A stretch of 64,000 bases of DNA from Eledone cirrhosa (Eukaryota): the NCBI GenBank assembly GCA_964016885.1, contig OZ024749.1, positions 23,188,001 to 23,252,000 of the forward strand. Direction: 5' to 3'. How positions within the stretch are numbered: position 1 is the first letter of the stretch; each line of letters starts with the position of its first letter. The notes under the pieces were generated by a model. It searched no databases. It was not told the origin of the DNA and saw only the letters and a list, made by a program, of their open reading frames with translations. Positions 1-14,035 of the stretch are shown piece after piece. The translations under genes were made by a program, and so were the position numbers.

Positions 1-79
1 ACAAAATAAGTTCGTTTAGCTGAAGGGCAAACATTTAAAAGAATATAAAAATAAAAAAAAGTAAGAAAATGAAAAATAA

Positions 80-153
<74 letters not shown>

Positions 154-269
154 CACACACACATATATATATATATACATTACATATATATATACACACA
201 CACATATATATATATGTGTGTGTGTGTGTGAGTGTGTGTGTGTCTGTGTGTGTGTGTGTGTGTATATAT
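80..269. repeat. Compound (TA)n/(CA)n/(TG)n microsatellite
   Basis: Direct reading. Similar tracts recur throughout the window and explain most ORF-track entries. Confidence 0.95.
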
Positions 270-508
270 CAACAAACGAAACCACAAAAATCTAACTTGA
301 AACCAGGAAACAAAATGGATGATACTGTTTTGTATCTTGTCCACGTTTGTTTTATATAATTTTTTGGGTTGCTTCTTTTTTATTATCCGTTACTTTATTT
401 ATTTATTGTTGTTCTCTCATTTTGTTTTTATTTAAATGTTATCTTTGTTTCATGTTTGTGGTCGTACGAACATTAATCTTCAAAAAGCCGGTGGCAATGA
501 TTGCATGA

Positions 509-687
509 TGTGTATGTATGTATGTATGTATGTATGTATGTATGTATGTATGTATGTATGTATGTATGTATGTATGTATGTATGTATGTATGTATGTATG
601 TATGTATGTACGTATGTATGTATGTATGTACGTATGTATGTATATATGTGTGTATGTATGTATGTTTGTTTATATGTATGCATGCAT

Positions 688-720
<33 letters not shown>

Positions 721-779
721 CATATGTATATATATTATTTATTTATCTCCCTCTGTCTCCCTCTATACATATATGTATA

Positions 780-856
<77 letters not shown>
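509..856. repeat. (TATG)n followed by (TA)n microsatellite
   Basis: Direct reading. Confidence 0.95.
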
Positions 857-860
<4 letters not shown>

Positions 861-2949
861 CTTAATCACTACCACCAACACCTCAAACGAAATGCGCGTC
901 ACTAGTTAATAAACGTTATGAAGACTTAACAAATTGTTGAGCACTCGATGTTTAGGTTCACATTAGTTGTGAGATGTAGAGATAGAGTGTATTATAATAA
1001 TACAAGAACTTGCCTAAGGCTTTCTTCACAATCTTAGAAAAAACTTCCCAGTCGCCCACAACTATCCTAATCTCATCAATAAAAATACCATTAAAATCTC
1101 TTACTCTACCACACCTAACATCGCGTACCATATATCTAGTAGTAATAAAAGGAAGATTAATAATTATTTCCAACTAATTAAATCGCAACAGGGGGTAAAT
1201 GTACATAGCACCCTAATACCAGAGAATTCTAGTAGCAATAACAGTAATAGCACTAATGAAATTCATAACAATCATTACCCTTATGCAATCCCTAACAACC
1301 ATGCATCTACACGTCATACTAACAGGCAAGCAACCAACCAGAATAACTGTAACTGTAGAACAAATAGAACTTGCCCCCGAGGTACAAATTGTTTAATCAA
1401 AGACCTCATTTTCTCATTCACAGTCAATACAAACATCTCTTCAAAAACATATGTCGGTTCTACTTCGAACTGCTTCAAGACGAGATATAACTCGCATCTC
1501 CACACTTTCAAAAATCGCAATCTAGCCCACTCCACATCTTTATTTAACTACCTACACTATCTGAAAACTAAAACTAGACATTACACACTTCAACGGGGAG
1601 TAATAGATAAGGCCGCATCGCATAAACCACCGAATAAATTATGTAACCACTGTCTTCTAGAGACTCGCACTATAATCTATTCTAAACTAAACCTCTTAAA
1701 TAGACAATCAGAAATTTTATCCATGTGCCAACACTACCACCGACACTCTTTCCACAACTTTAAACCTAGATGCTAGTATATAACAATGTCAGATCTGGAT
1801 TCTTCACCACCATTAACACTTCACCTCTAGGTTTTATCAGCATATATTTATCCTCACAGTATCACACTCTATGATCAGCTCATTTCTCTACTTACCTCCT
1901 ATTTATATCAATTCTTATACTCTACAATAACTATTAAGAACAAACATAAAGTTACCACCATTTAATATAACTACTATAGCTTACTTATATTTTATTCAGT
2001 AATGGGTAGATAGCAATATAACGAGACCTGTAATGTATTATAGGAAAATAGATTGTATTTAACATTGAATATATAAATAAATAGCATTATATAAAAGGAT
2101 TTCACTTATAACATAATGTATTGTATATTAGAACAAGGAATTTAACTAATTGGAGCAGTAAACAACTATACATTTTCTCTATTATATATATATGAATCGC
2201 TAATTACCTCTCTTTCACATTAGCTCCCATTAATATAGATCTCTATTTCACGTCCGGAAATTAAACCGTTAGACAGATCACTCTAGAACAACTCGAATCC
2301 TCGATAGGAGTGTCATAGGACCAATATACAATCCATAGTTGTAACTACTTATAAACATTCACTAAATATAACCAATGTAATGGAAAAGAAAACATTAATA
2401 TTAATACTCACAATACAAGCACATTTGAACATTACATCAACAATTGTCACACTACATCCACCATAACCTTCATAGAAAATACTTTTAATACACAAACATC
2501 TTTGTCTGTTTTATATGCTTGTAAACTTGTATTATATTATATGATACCATTGCCATACTGTAATATATATGCCTAGTACCATTGCTTGTTTCCTACCTAG
2601 CTATTATGTACATGCCTAACACACTTGCACTCTCTATACGCTTGCATATGTACTGCTAATGTCCTCGTTTTGCGAGTAACTTTCTGCCTTAATTCCTCTT
2701 TAATTATTATAATATTCTTTTGTAATCTTTGTCGCATCCACTGATACTGTCCTCAACATCTCCACTCTGTAAATATGACACTGTTGATGACAACATTAAT
2801 ATCTATGTATCTTTATAATTGTTCTGTGGAATAAGAAGTTACTTATATGTCTAAACTTTGCTAGTGCTCCGATTATTCTCCAAACGAAAGCTTGGAAGAA
2901 ACGATTGCCAGCAATAAAATGTTTTGAACATAGGTTTAATTATTCTGAA

Positions 2950-2955
<6 letters not shown>
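857..2955 (+). mobile_element. 5'-truncated Penelope-like element (Naiad-type C-terminus) with an inverted tail fragment at 857-1000, lying between (TA)n tracts
   Basis: Coding remnant at ~1012-1776 followed by a long AT-rich 3' region. 857-1000 on the minus strand matches the element tail at 24950-25000 (ctctaca..gtgaaccta(a)aacatcgagtgctca). Confidence 0.75.
1012..1776 (+). pseudogene. PLE RT-thumb/linker plus GIY-YIG endonuclease remnant
   Basis: Manual translation: FPVAHNYPNLINKNTIKISYSTTPNI, then an open frame 1342-1776 NCNCRTNRTCPRGTNC...TYVGSTSNCFKTRYNSH...LCNHCLLE...LLNRQSEILSMCQH. It has no upstream ATG, so it is absent from the ORF track. Confidence 0.85.
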
Positions 2956-2995
<40 letters not shown>

Positions 2996-3000
2996 AAGTA

Positions 3001-3167
3001 CCGTATTTCCCGGCGTCGAAGGCGCTACTTTTTTCCTAAAATAAGTATAAAATATCTAACATACGTCCTGGAGGCCGAAGGTTGTTTATTATTTATTTCC
3101 AATTTTTGGTTGTCAAAATTAGGATAGGTCATCGAGGACGAAGCGTCTTGGGCGCCGGGAAATATAG
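3001..3167. mobile_element. MITE with ~26 bp imperfect TIRs (Tc1/mariner-pogo-like CCGTATTT end)
   Basis: ccgtatttcccggcgtcgaaggcgct ... agcgtcttgggcgccgggaaatatag, preceded by TA. Confidence 0.65.
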
Positions 3168-3374
3168 AAGATATTATTTTGTCGTTGTTTTTTTAATTAT
3201 TTTTCGTTTTAAAGGTGTTATTTCAGCCTCTTTGATATCTTTATTTATATTTTTGATGAGGCAGGTATTGTCTCTCGAAAAAGAGTATAGAAATTTAGTT
3301 AAGTAATTTAATTAGTATATTTGTCATATGTCTATTGTGTTTCGTTTTTATCTATTGATATTGTTATAATCATT

Positions 3375-3562
3375 CGGTGGATTGGCAGTATCGGTAGAGG
3401 GTCGGGCCCTATGCTTTCCAGCATAGTTACGTCCCTTTACGATCTGAGTTCAAATCCCGCCGAGGTTGACTTTGCCTTTCATCCTTACGGGGTCGATAAA
3501 ATAAAGTACCAGTAATACACTGAGTAATTGCTGGCCTTGTGCCTAAATTAGAAACAATTATT
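3375..3562 (+). mobile_element. tRNA-derived SINE family A
   Basis: A-box-like tggcagtatcggtagag, B-box gagttcaaatccc, central gcctttcatccttacggggtcgataaaataaagtaccag, tail gtgcctaaattagaaacaatta. About 20 copies in the window. Confidence 0.85.
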
Positions 3563-3958
3563 AAATATATAATATATGTATGTTACCCAATATATAATTT
3601 AAATTTATTTAGCATCTGTTAAATGTATATTGTAAATAAAACCTGACACACTCTTTAGTACTTGATACCTAATATTTAAAACTCGTTAAAATCATATTAT
3701 TTTTATATTCATTTGAATCCGCGCGATTTTATTTTATTTAATTTAATTTATTTTTATTTATTTCATTTTAATTTTATTAATTTATTTTAATTTATTTTTC
3801 TCACTTGTTTTTTAAGTGTCTCGAATAGTATTTAAAGAAGCATACTAATAATTATAATTAACGTTTGTTTGTTCAGGTCACTAAGCATAACACTTTCTCT
3901 GTTGTTGGTTTTCTTTCACGTTGTCTCTCTCTCTTTTCTCTCTCTCACACGCACACAC

Positions 3959-4043
<85 letters not shown>

Positions 4044-4559
4044 CTCCCTGGATCTCTAACGATCTCTCTCCTTCCCTCTCAATCGCTTATTCAATGTCTC
4101 ACGCCCTATCTCTCTCCTGGGATTGTTCACTCCCCCCTCTCGCTTTAACCTTCTCCCAACTCTTCCCTCTCCATATCTCCTCTACAGCGAAATGGATTGC
4201 ATGCAAGGAGGAAATGAAAATAGAAGCCAGCGAAATTGGACAAACATAGAACTGGAGATGATGATCAAAGGATGGAGCTTGGTTGATGGGTCGCTGCCAA
4301 CCAAAATAATTAAAGGCCTAGAAGAACCATGGCTTTCTATGGACTTTGCCACAAATAGAGAGGAAAAAGAGAGAATTTGAGAGGGCTTATGCCTTCATAG
4401 CGCACAAAGGGCCTTGCTAATCTGTGTCCTCAAGGAGAAAGAAGACAGAGAAATAGAAAAGGAAGAAAATATAAACACTGACCACAAATGGTCTACGGAG
4501 TCACAGAAGGATTTGAGAACAACTTGAGAACTGCCTTACATAGCTGTTACAACACTATG

Positions 4560-5795
4560 ACTAGGTACTGAAACAACTGCTGGACAGTTCACATTTGGAC
4601 GTGATATATTTTGACTTTGCGAAGGCCTTTGACAAGGTCGACCACGGAAGGATATGTCACAAACTACACAGGCTTGGCATAACTTGAAAAAATAAGTGAG
4701 TGGCTGCATGGTTTTTTAAAAGACAGAAGCGAGACAGTTGCAGCCAATGGGGCCATCAATAAGAAGTGGGGTGCCCCAGAGCACAGTCTTGATACCACTA
4801 CTGTTTTGGGTGGCTCTCTCAGATATGCCCGCTGTATTACATACAACATCCCTCACTAGCTATGCTGATGACACAAAGGTAGTACAGGCATAAAAAACCT
4901 AGCAGATACTGACATTTTACAAGATCTGGATACCATATACAAATGGGATGAGGACAACAACAGGCGGTTTAATGTTGAAAAATGTCAAGCCCTACAATAC
5001 CAACTTGCTAACACAAAGGCAGTACAACACACCTACACCGGACCAGGGGGGATCGAAATCCTCGTGTCGAAATCGATACGAGACCTGGGGATGGACATGA
5101 GTTGAGATGCAGCTTTTCTTCACGCATAATGAGAGTGACAACAATGTGCAAAAGGCTTGCTGGCTGCTGGATCCTGAGAACTTTCCGGATAGAGACCGAG
5201 AGACAGTGTTCATACTATAGAGGACATTTGTCCTAAGCCGACTGTGGTCACACCATAGTATCAAACTAACCACGGAGCTTGAGGCAATCCAACGAAGCTT
5301 CACCAAGAGGATTGCCACGATTAAGGAGATAAGCTACTGGGAGAGGCTAAAAGAACTGAAAGTCTACTCCTTGGAACGAAGACGGGAGAGATACGCAGTG
5401 ATATACATATGGAACATCCTGAAGGGACTAAGACCAAACTTTGGCATTGAGAACTGGACCAACTCACGAACATCTCGTCACTGTGTGATGTCAAGAGTAA
5501 GGAACAGATATTGCAATAGCTTCGGTTCAACTCTTCAACAAGCTGCGAAGAAATTTGAGAGGCTGCATGGTGTGTACGTGGTTATTTTCAAGAAACATCT
5601 TGACATTCTGCTATCCAGGAATCCAGTTGAGACTACAGTACGGCATGAATGTAACCTAAGGGCAGCAGCAACGAACTCCCTCTTACAACAATGGCTAGTC
5701 AACACAGCCTGGAGATAGAACGTGTAGCAAGAAGGGTGGTGCCCCAGCATGACCTCAGCGAGATGGCTGGAACAGGTAAAAGAGTAAAAGATTAA
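4560..5795 (+). mobile_element. Decayed CR1-like LINE 3' part (RT pseudogene)
   Basis: Frames give DVIYFDFAKAFDKVDH, SGVPQSTVL, SYADDTKV, RFNVEKCQ, LEAIQRSFTK, SYWERLKELKVYSLERRRER, with stops and frameshifts. Confidence 0.85.
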
Positions 5796-5860
5796 AATAA
5801 TATATATTCAAAAATATATAATATACATATATATGTATATATGTATTCATACAATTTAAA

Positions 5861-5941
5861 CTCCCCTGAAGAGTATTGCGCATTTTTCAATTATTTGTGA
5901 TTCCAATCAGAATTCTTCCGCAAACGAAACCTCGTAGGGAG
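5861..5941 (+). ncRNA. Type I hammerhead ribozyme (minimal helix III)
   Basis: ctccc CTGAAGA gtattgcg...cgcaaac GAAA c ctc g TA gggag. Helix I ctccc/gggag, cleavage triplet GUA. Confidence 0.75.
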
Positions 5942-6104
5942 ATCTTTATGTAAGCCAATATGAATAAAATAGTTTTGTCTATCTGGTTTTTACTCCCATA
6001 GAGTTTTTTCTTACTTAAATTGAATATATATATATATTTTGATCTAACGAAATCTATTCACTAATATATTCTCTCTCGCTCCCCCCCCCCCCCTCTCTGT
6101 CACT

Positions 6105-6527
<423 letters not shown>

Positions 6528-6960
6528 TATATTAAATTAGCCATTTCTATCAGTTTTGATAAAACGAATAATTACACGAGAAGAAGTAGGTTTAAAAATA
6601 TTAGCAAAGAAATTATTATTATCCTTCTTTTTATGTTTATCTATAGGATCTTTTGGTTCGAAGATGGAGACTAAATGAACTATTACTCTAGTGAGACAAA
6701 ATCGCAGTGTTGCAGTAATGGCGAATTTGTACCCGTGACACATTAGCCGATAATTCTATTTTAGCTTATCTCATACAATCAGCCATTTTGAATTGCGTGA
6801 ACGTAATACAACTAGCATATAATGTATAATAGTTTTCTTTGATTTGTCTAAATATATTAGAAGTAAAACGTACTTCTCTTAATGTGCTACTTCTCTTTTG
6901 TTATTTTGTGCTTTTGTATTTGTTGTTGTTGTTGTTGTTGTTAATATTGTTAGCATACTT

Positions 6961-7140
6961 ATCATCAGTCCTCATCATCGCCACTACCATCATCATCGTC
7001 ATCGTCAACACCACCACCACGATCATCATCATCGTCAGCACGTCCACCACCAACATCATCGTCAACCCCACCACCACTATCATCATCAGCATCGTCAACA
7101 CCACCACCGCCATCATCAGCATCGTCAACACCACCATCAC

Positions 7141-7172
<32 letters not shown>

Positions 7173-7308
7173 ACACCATCACCATCATCATCATCATCAT
7201 ACTCATCATCATCATCGTCAACACCATCACCGTCATCATCATCGTCAACACCACCACCATCATCATCACCATTACCATCACCATCACCATCATCAATATC
7301 ATCATCAT
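6961..7308. repeat. (CAT/CAC)n degenerate trinucleotide tract
   Basis: Direct reading. Source of the poly-H/D/M/I ORFs. Confidence 0.9.
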
Positions 7309-7341
7309 TAATACTTGTCTTATTTCCTTTGCATGTTGTCA

Positions 7342-7545
7342 TTGGCAGTATCGGTAGAGCGTCAGATACCATGCTTTGCAGCATAGAGGTATGGCCCTTT
7401 ACGTTCCGGGTCCCGCCGATTTTAGCTTTGCCTTTCGTCCTACGGGGTCGATAAATAAGCACCAGTAATGTACTGGGGTCGATTTAATCGACATTCCCCT
7501 CCTCCGATGTTGCTGGCTTTGTGCCAAAAATAGACACAATTATTA
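7342..7545 (+). mobile_element. SINE family A copy with (ATT)n tail
   Basis: Same head, core and tail as 3375-3562. Confidence 0.85.
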
Positions 7546-7590
7546 TTATCATTATTGTTATTATTATTATTATTATTATTATTGTTATTA

Positions 7591-8862
7591 CACTTTGAGT
7601 CTCAGTCATTGATGTTAGTTAACTGGAAAGTTTGTTGAAATTAATATCAAGCCACTACCTGCAGCCTCAGATATTCAGGACGTATCGGAGGGTTCTTGCT
7701 ATTCCCAGCAAGCATGCCTTTTGAAGCGTTCCAAAAAGCGTGAATGGCCAATTTTCTTTAACCATCCCTGGAAACTTTTTGAGATAGTCCCTAGTGCGCC
7801 TATGGCAATCGGTATCACTTTGACTTCATGGCAGTTCCAAATCCTTTTTACCTCCCACTTTAAGTCCTGGTATCGGTTAATTTTCTCCCTCTCCTTCTCT
7901 TGCACTCTCGTGTCGAATGGGAAGGCCACATCCACAATCAGGCACGATCTTTTTTCTTTGTCCAAAACCACCAGGTTAGGTCTATTGTGTTCCAGTTTCT
8001 TGTCCGTCTGTATCCTAAAATCCCACAGCACCTTCACCTGATCGTTTTCTATCACCGCCTCTGGCTTATGCTCATACCACTTCTCAGAATGTGGTAAATC
8101 GTTTACTTTGCATAGGTGCCAGTGGATCACCCTACCCATCACATCATGTCTCCAGCCGTTATAGTGAGTCTGGGCTAGGTGTTTACACTCGGATACAATG
8201 TGAGCTACAGTCTCCTCTCTCTCTCCACAGATCCTGCACAGTGGGCTAGCCTCCTCCTTGTAAATGTGGTGTTTCAACCATTTCGTTTTGAGGGCCTGCT
8301 CCTGCGCAGCCATTTACATTCCTTCTGTAGCCTTTTTAAGGTGTCCTCTTTTCAACCAGTTCCATGTCTGTGGATCTCTAAATTCAGTTTTCTCAAAGAA
8401 AGTACTATGAAGGGATTTTTCCTGAAGGCTGCTCTTTCTCCAGTACAGTTCTGAGCATTGGCTCCTTACTATCAGTCACGTATTTGTGTAGGTTGTTTTC
8501 TCCATCTGAACACAGTCCTCTATGCTGATAAGACCTCTTCCACCTTCAGATCTCCTTAAGTAGAGTCTATCGACATCACTCCTCTTGTGGAACATATTGT
8601 AGATCGTCAATAGCTTCCTAGCCTTCCTATCCATTTCTTTTTGTTCAGAAACATTCCATCTCAGAATTCCCGCACTGTACCTAATAATAGACACAGCTCG
8701 GGAATTTACTGCACTCATGGCATTCCTAATGTTCAGATGTGACTTTAATACGCTCCTTACTCTCCGAAGGTATACAGTTCTCATCAATTCCTTCATTTTT
8801 TTGTTCTTGATGTCATCAGCCTCCAGAACGCCCAAATACTTGTATCCTTCCTCAGAGTCAAT
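7591..8862 (-). mobile_element. R4/Dong-like non-LTR retrotransposon 3' part (RT C-terminus, CCHC finger, restriction-like endonuclease)
   Basis: ORF 8476-8835 (RLYLRRSEGGRGLISIED) and ORF 7699-8313 (CRICGEREETVAHIVSEC, RHD, LWDFRIQTD, NRP.LVV..K...IVDV, KINRYQDL). The 3' end abuts (TAA)n. Confidence 0.9.
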
Positions 8863-9151
8863 AGTCGTAGTACCGGCAGTAGTCGTAGTACCTGCAGCAA
8901 CAACAAAAGTAACAGCAGCTCTGACAACAACAACAACAACAACAGCAGCAAAGAAAAACCAATCTCCTTTGCAGGCATCGCAAAGAACCTGGAAACGATC
9001 CTCATAACAAATGAGGAATTAGAGGAAGCGAAGAAGACGGTGACAAAAACTGGACACGGCGCAATCTGCAAGGCAGCGGAAAATTTTTTCGAAACCCAAC
9101 AGCAAAAATTGTGAGGGTCAAACTGACCCACGTCCCCCCCCCCCCCCCGGG

Positions 9152-9484
9152 ATGGCCACTTCTTGGCTGGCCGCGTCTGTCCTCGTCGGAATCGAGGACA
9201 AAACAACTGTACTGCAAGTACAGAAAAAAGTAACAGAAGATTGGGTCGGCACCTCCATTGAGATGTTAATCCAAACCAACCAGGAGTGCATCGAAGCTAT
9301 CCCGGATGTGATAGACTTCGATAACGGCACTCAATTGCCCATAAGTGTTGAGGGCAAACGCCCGAAATGCTTTCGCTGTGGATCGAAGACTCACCTCAGG
9401 GCCTTCTGCAACGAGAAGACCCTGAGAAAGGAGAAAACCCCCCTCCTTCCGAAACCGGCTCCACGGCTACCAGCAACAGGATAA
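9152..9484 (+). pseudogene. LINE ORF1 fragment with CCHC zinc knuckle
   Basis: VEGKRPKCFRCGSKTHLRAFC. Confidence 0.75.
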
Positions 9485-10334
9485 GCGGCAAGCAGGAACG
9501 ATAGGTCCGTGGAACCCATACCCACGTCACGGAAATAAAAACCAGCAGCAGCAGTGGAAGTATTAACAACAACAACAGCAATACCAAATGCAGCTGCAAC
9601 AGAGACTCCGACCTCACAGAATCAGACATGGAGTGTGAGATGGGAGAGGGATGGCAAAAGCTCGTAAGAAGGCACAAACGCAGAAGCAGCGCATCGACGC
9701 CTTCGAAAAGGGAGGAAAGAAATGAAAATAGGGTAAAGGCTACTGCAAAGAGACTCACAGCAGCAACTCCACCAACACCATCACCACCCACACTAGCACC
9801 ACCATCACCACCGGCGACAACCCCACCGCCAACAACAACAACACCTTCAACACCACCACCACAAGCACCAACATCGCAAACACAACAACAAAACACACAC
9901 ACCCAGCAACAACGACAAGAAAATAGTAGAACCACACCCCACCCCCGGAAAAACAAATGCACAGCAATAAATACACACAGCAAGAAACTAATGACTTACA
10001 TAATTGAACACACAGACATTTCACAACACGACTACATAATACCAGCACCAATCAAAACGCCAACTAACATAAGACTGCTAAAAATAGCACAGAAACAATA
10101 CTCAAACATTAAAACGAAATTCTCCAATGCAGTTGGTCATTTCAGAAACCTAGGAGGGACTCTCAATCGAAGAATTTATTCGGACACACTCATAGAAGAG
10201 CCGACAACCAGCCGAAGGGACGATTCAACGGTCCCTTCACCAGACGATCAAGTGAAAAGGGATGTAAAAACCATCCCTCCTCTACGAAAAGTACGGTAAG
10301 TGGTCTTTCCCATCTTTTCCACTCTATTTTAAAC

Positions 10335-13195
10335 ATGACCTCACTCAGAATAGGCAGCATAAATGCGCGTGGCTTGGGGTCGTCATGGAAGCAGGGCCAC
10401 CTGCTCAACGACCTCAGGTCACTAAACATAGATGTAGTGGCCATCAGCGAGACCAGAATCTCCGAAGCACGGGCCTTCGCACCGATCTTCGGCGGCTACG
10501 ATGTGTACGCATCTCCCAGCCGTCCTGGATCGGGGGGAGGAGTTGCTGTGCTTTTTCGGAGAGGTTTGGATCTCGCCATACGGGCCATCTTCCTGGAACC
10601 AGAGGGTAAGCTGGTGGTGCTGGACGTGACCAGCTTTCAGGCTAGTGGCCGTCTATGCCCCGACAGGAGCAGGGCGGCCTGATTTCTTCCGGCATCTGGA
10701 GACCTTTCTTGGAACGTCCCGCTTTTTAGTGTTAGTGGGCGAGACTGGAACGGGATCTTAGATGCACGCTGGGACTGTGTGGGATTAGCGGATAGGGATG
10801 GAGGGTGCATGAGCCTCACCAACATGCTCAGGCATTTTGAACTGTCTGACAGGTACCGATTGGATTTCCCGAATGTGCCAATGTGGACTTGGACAAATCG
10901 CATATGGTCATCCAGATCATATCTAGATAGTGTATTTTGTAGGGAAATAGATAGGTCTAGCATAGGCAGTCCACAATTCAAGATAGTCAGCTACACGGAC
11001 CACAAATTCGTGATCTGTGTGCTTGATTTAGATAGGCTTCATAGACGAGGACCCGGCTACTGATAGCTAAACGGGTCCTTACCAGCGCGCAAGGCCTACA
11101 GAGACAGGATTAGCGAACTAGTTAAGCGGGCGTTGACGGGGCCATCGTCAACAACAAGTGGTAGTTTGCTCTGAAAAGAGCGATTAGAATAGAATCCATT
11201 AGGTTTAGCAAGGCTTTAGCAATAGAGAAAAATAGAGCAGAGGGAGAACTAGTTAGAAAATTAGACGAGACGCTTAGCAAAGGCATTGCGACCGACGTGC
11301 TTGCGGCGAAATTGGCCCTTGACCAATTCTTCAATGCAAAGCACGAAGACAGCGTTGTCAGAGCAAGGGTGCGTGCTCTCAGACACGAGGGTACGAAAGC
11401 CGTTCAATAGGCACGAGTGGCGGAGGCGCGTCGTGGCAACAAAGCCACGATCCGGTCTTTGGTGGACCACGACGGGCGCATGCTACTCGATCTCGGGCAA
11501 ATGTGTGAAGCTTTTCAGCGACACTTCACTCAGCTGTTCGGGGGCAGCGGGGGGCCGGGTAGAGGGATGGACTTTAGTGTCTACCTCGACGGACTCCGCG
11601 GCTCTCGGCCACTGAGACGGAGTGTTGCGAAAAGCCGATAACAGCCGCTGAAGTAAGGGAGGCAATGACTGGCTGCACAAGGGGTAAATCGCCTGGTTTG
11701 GATGGTCTGCCCTATGAACTTTACGTACAGATGCCAGACTTGTTCGGAGGCCTCTTGACGGACGTCTACTGCAACTGGCAACAGAACGGGAGAATTCCCA
11801 GTTCTGTGAGCCGAGGAGCGGTGGCACTGCTGAGAAACGATCGGAACAAGATAATTTCAGGCCCATAACTCTGCTAAACACAGAGTTCAGGATTTTGGCC
11901 AAGGTGCTAGCAAAGAGGTTGGCGCTTGTCGTTGGTGGTCTGGTGGGAGAGGCGCAGACATGCGCCATTCCCTACAGATCCATCCACGACAACCTCCACC
12001 TCATGCGATACATCGTAGAGAGGGTAGCTAGGGAACCTGGCACGGGTGGGTCCTTGATCAATTTAGATCAGTCGAAAGCTTTCGATAGGGTCGACCATCG
12101 TTACCTAGCGGCAGTCCTGGGGGCGGATGGCTTTGGGCCCGTCTTCAGAGGCTGGATCGCTGCCATGCACAGCGACATCTGCTCTGTGGTGAGAGTGAAC
12201 GGTCACCTGTCGGAACCGTTCAACATCATGCGCTCGGTCCGCCAAGGATGTCCCCTCTCGTCCCTCTTGTACGTATTGACTCTCAAGCCATTACTGCACA
12301 AACTGGAGACGTTGAGGGGCGTCCCGCGCGAACTAGGATGCGGAAGATCCGTGTCAGCATATGCGGACGATGTCACCGTAGTGGTGTCGAACGCCAAACA
12401 CATCGAGGCGATCGGCACTACACTAAGAGAATACGAAGCGGTGACAAGAGCAATGATCAACCTGGGTCAAGCGAAGACCGAGAGGGAGCGCCTGGAGACT
12501 GGAATGTCTTTAGCCGCTCACAACCCTCGACCAATCGGGCAATGTGATCGGTGGAAACTCCACCTCGGCGTTCTATAGAGGATTAGTGGAGGGGAAGAGC
12601 GACGACGTACTTGGGGAAACTCTAGGCGTCGACGAAAATCAACTAGCCAATCTCTTCGGAAGAACTTTCGGGCCAGGGCCTATGGACAACTTCCAGAAAT
12701 CTCTGGCTTGGCAGTGACCGAGGAGCCTTGCCAATTCGGGATAAACTCTACAGGCATGGAGGTGCCGTCAGCCAAGCATGTCCGAGATGCGCGCAGGGCG
12801 ACGAAACCGTCCTGCTCGCACTCGTCCAGTGTCCGAAAATTGCTGACTTGTGGGTTTATGTCGAACACCTGCTGTCGCGTGTAGAACGGATCCGGCTATC
12901 ATCTGAGTCCATCGTGAGCATTGCCCCGCCCTCCTCCTTAAGCCGGGAAGGGCAGGCAGTTTTTATCTGTCTGGTGGCCATGGCGAAAGAGATAGTATGG
13001 TGGACACGTTTGAAAGGGCTGAAGACGAGCACTTACCTCTTCGGTGATGCTCTGATTGACTTTTTCAAATTTCATTTGAAAAGGAAAATCAGAGTAGAGA
13101 GGAAGTGCTCTCTTCCCAGCATTTTGTTGAAAGATGGGTGAGAGAAGCAAGAATGGCCCGAGTGAATGGGCCTACTCTGAGTATGTATCTGTAAA
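10335..13195 (+). pseudogene. LINE ORF2 (APE endonuclease + RT + C-terminal Cys motif), frameshifted
   Basis: Fragments 10335-10682, 10779-11063, 11665-11868, 11895-12578 and 12728-13141 carry successive ORF2 motifs. Confidence 0.9.
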
Positions 13196-13729
13196 TTAAA
13201 GGTGGAAAACTGGGAGAGGGCACTTGCCTTGGTGGTCAGGGTCACTGTGGCCTTTTACTGGGCTTTCTCCACAAAGGCCCCTCCGAAGTCTCCCCCCTAA
13301 AGTAGAAACAATTATTATTATTATTATTATTATTATTATTGAAAGTGAGCCACGCTTCTTATCGGCTCCAGTTTTTTTCAACAGTATACCTCGTTTTCAA
13401 CCGTTCTTAACCTTTTATTCAAGTTTTAAATTTGATGAATGTTTAGAAGAAGTGACTCACCTAATACAGGGGTTCACTCGTAAATAATACGGCACACCTT
13501 TATGGGTCTCGTATTATGTAAAATATAATTTGAAACAAATTTTCTTTCAACAAGGATAACACAAGAGAGAGAGAGCGCTGTCAGATAACACAGAGAGAGG
13601 GAGACTTTGTCAACATATCAACAAGACAGCGTTCTAGCGAAGGTAAATATGAAAGAAAATATTACGAAGGAAAAGAGGAACGATATCATGTTTAATGATA
13701 TTGTTACAGATATAAATTTCCAAATATTA

Positions 13730-14035
13730 CTAACACAATCAACACCAACAATAACACCAACAATAACACCAACAACAACATCATCAATAACAACAGCAAC
13801 AACAAAAATAACAGCGATAAGGTCGAGAAAGACAATAACAATGAGGATAACAACAGCCACAATAACAGTAACATCAGCAACAGTATCAACGAAAACAACA
13901 ACAATGACAACAATAACAGCAACAACAGTACCAACGAAAACAACAACACTGACAACAATAACAGTAGTAACAGTAACAACGAAAACAACAACACTGACAT
14001 CAATACCAGCAACATCGATCTCAGCACCATCAGCA
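13730..14035. repeat. Degenerate (ACA)n tract
   Basis: Direct reading. Confidence 0.85.

Larger units (their letters stand above)
8960..13296 (+). mobile_element. Tx1/L1-clade LINE, long but disrupted and internally deleted
   Basis: ORF1 zinc knuckle CFRCGSKTHLRAFC; APE domain GSINARGL/DVVAISETR/YTDH; RT GKSPGLDGL, DQSKAFDRVDH, VRQGCPLS, AYADDV; C-terminal CPRCAQGDET...QC. Confidence 0.9.

Noticed and set aside
16-909. Many YI/HT/CV-rich ORFs here and throughout the window
   Set aside because: Translations of (TA)n, (CA)n and (TATG)n microsatellites; not genes.
3375-3465. tRNA gene
   Set aside because: A/B boxes belong to SINE heads, with no complete cloverleaf.
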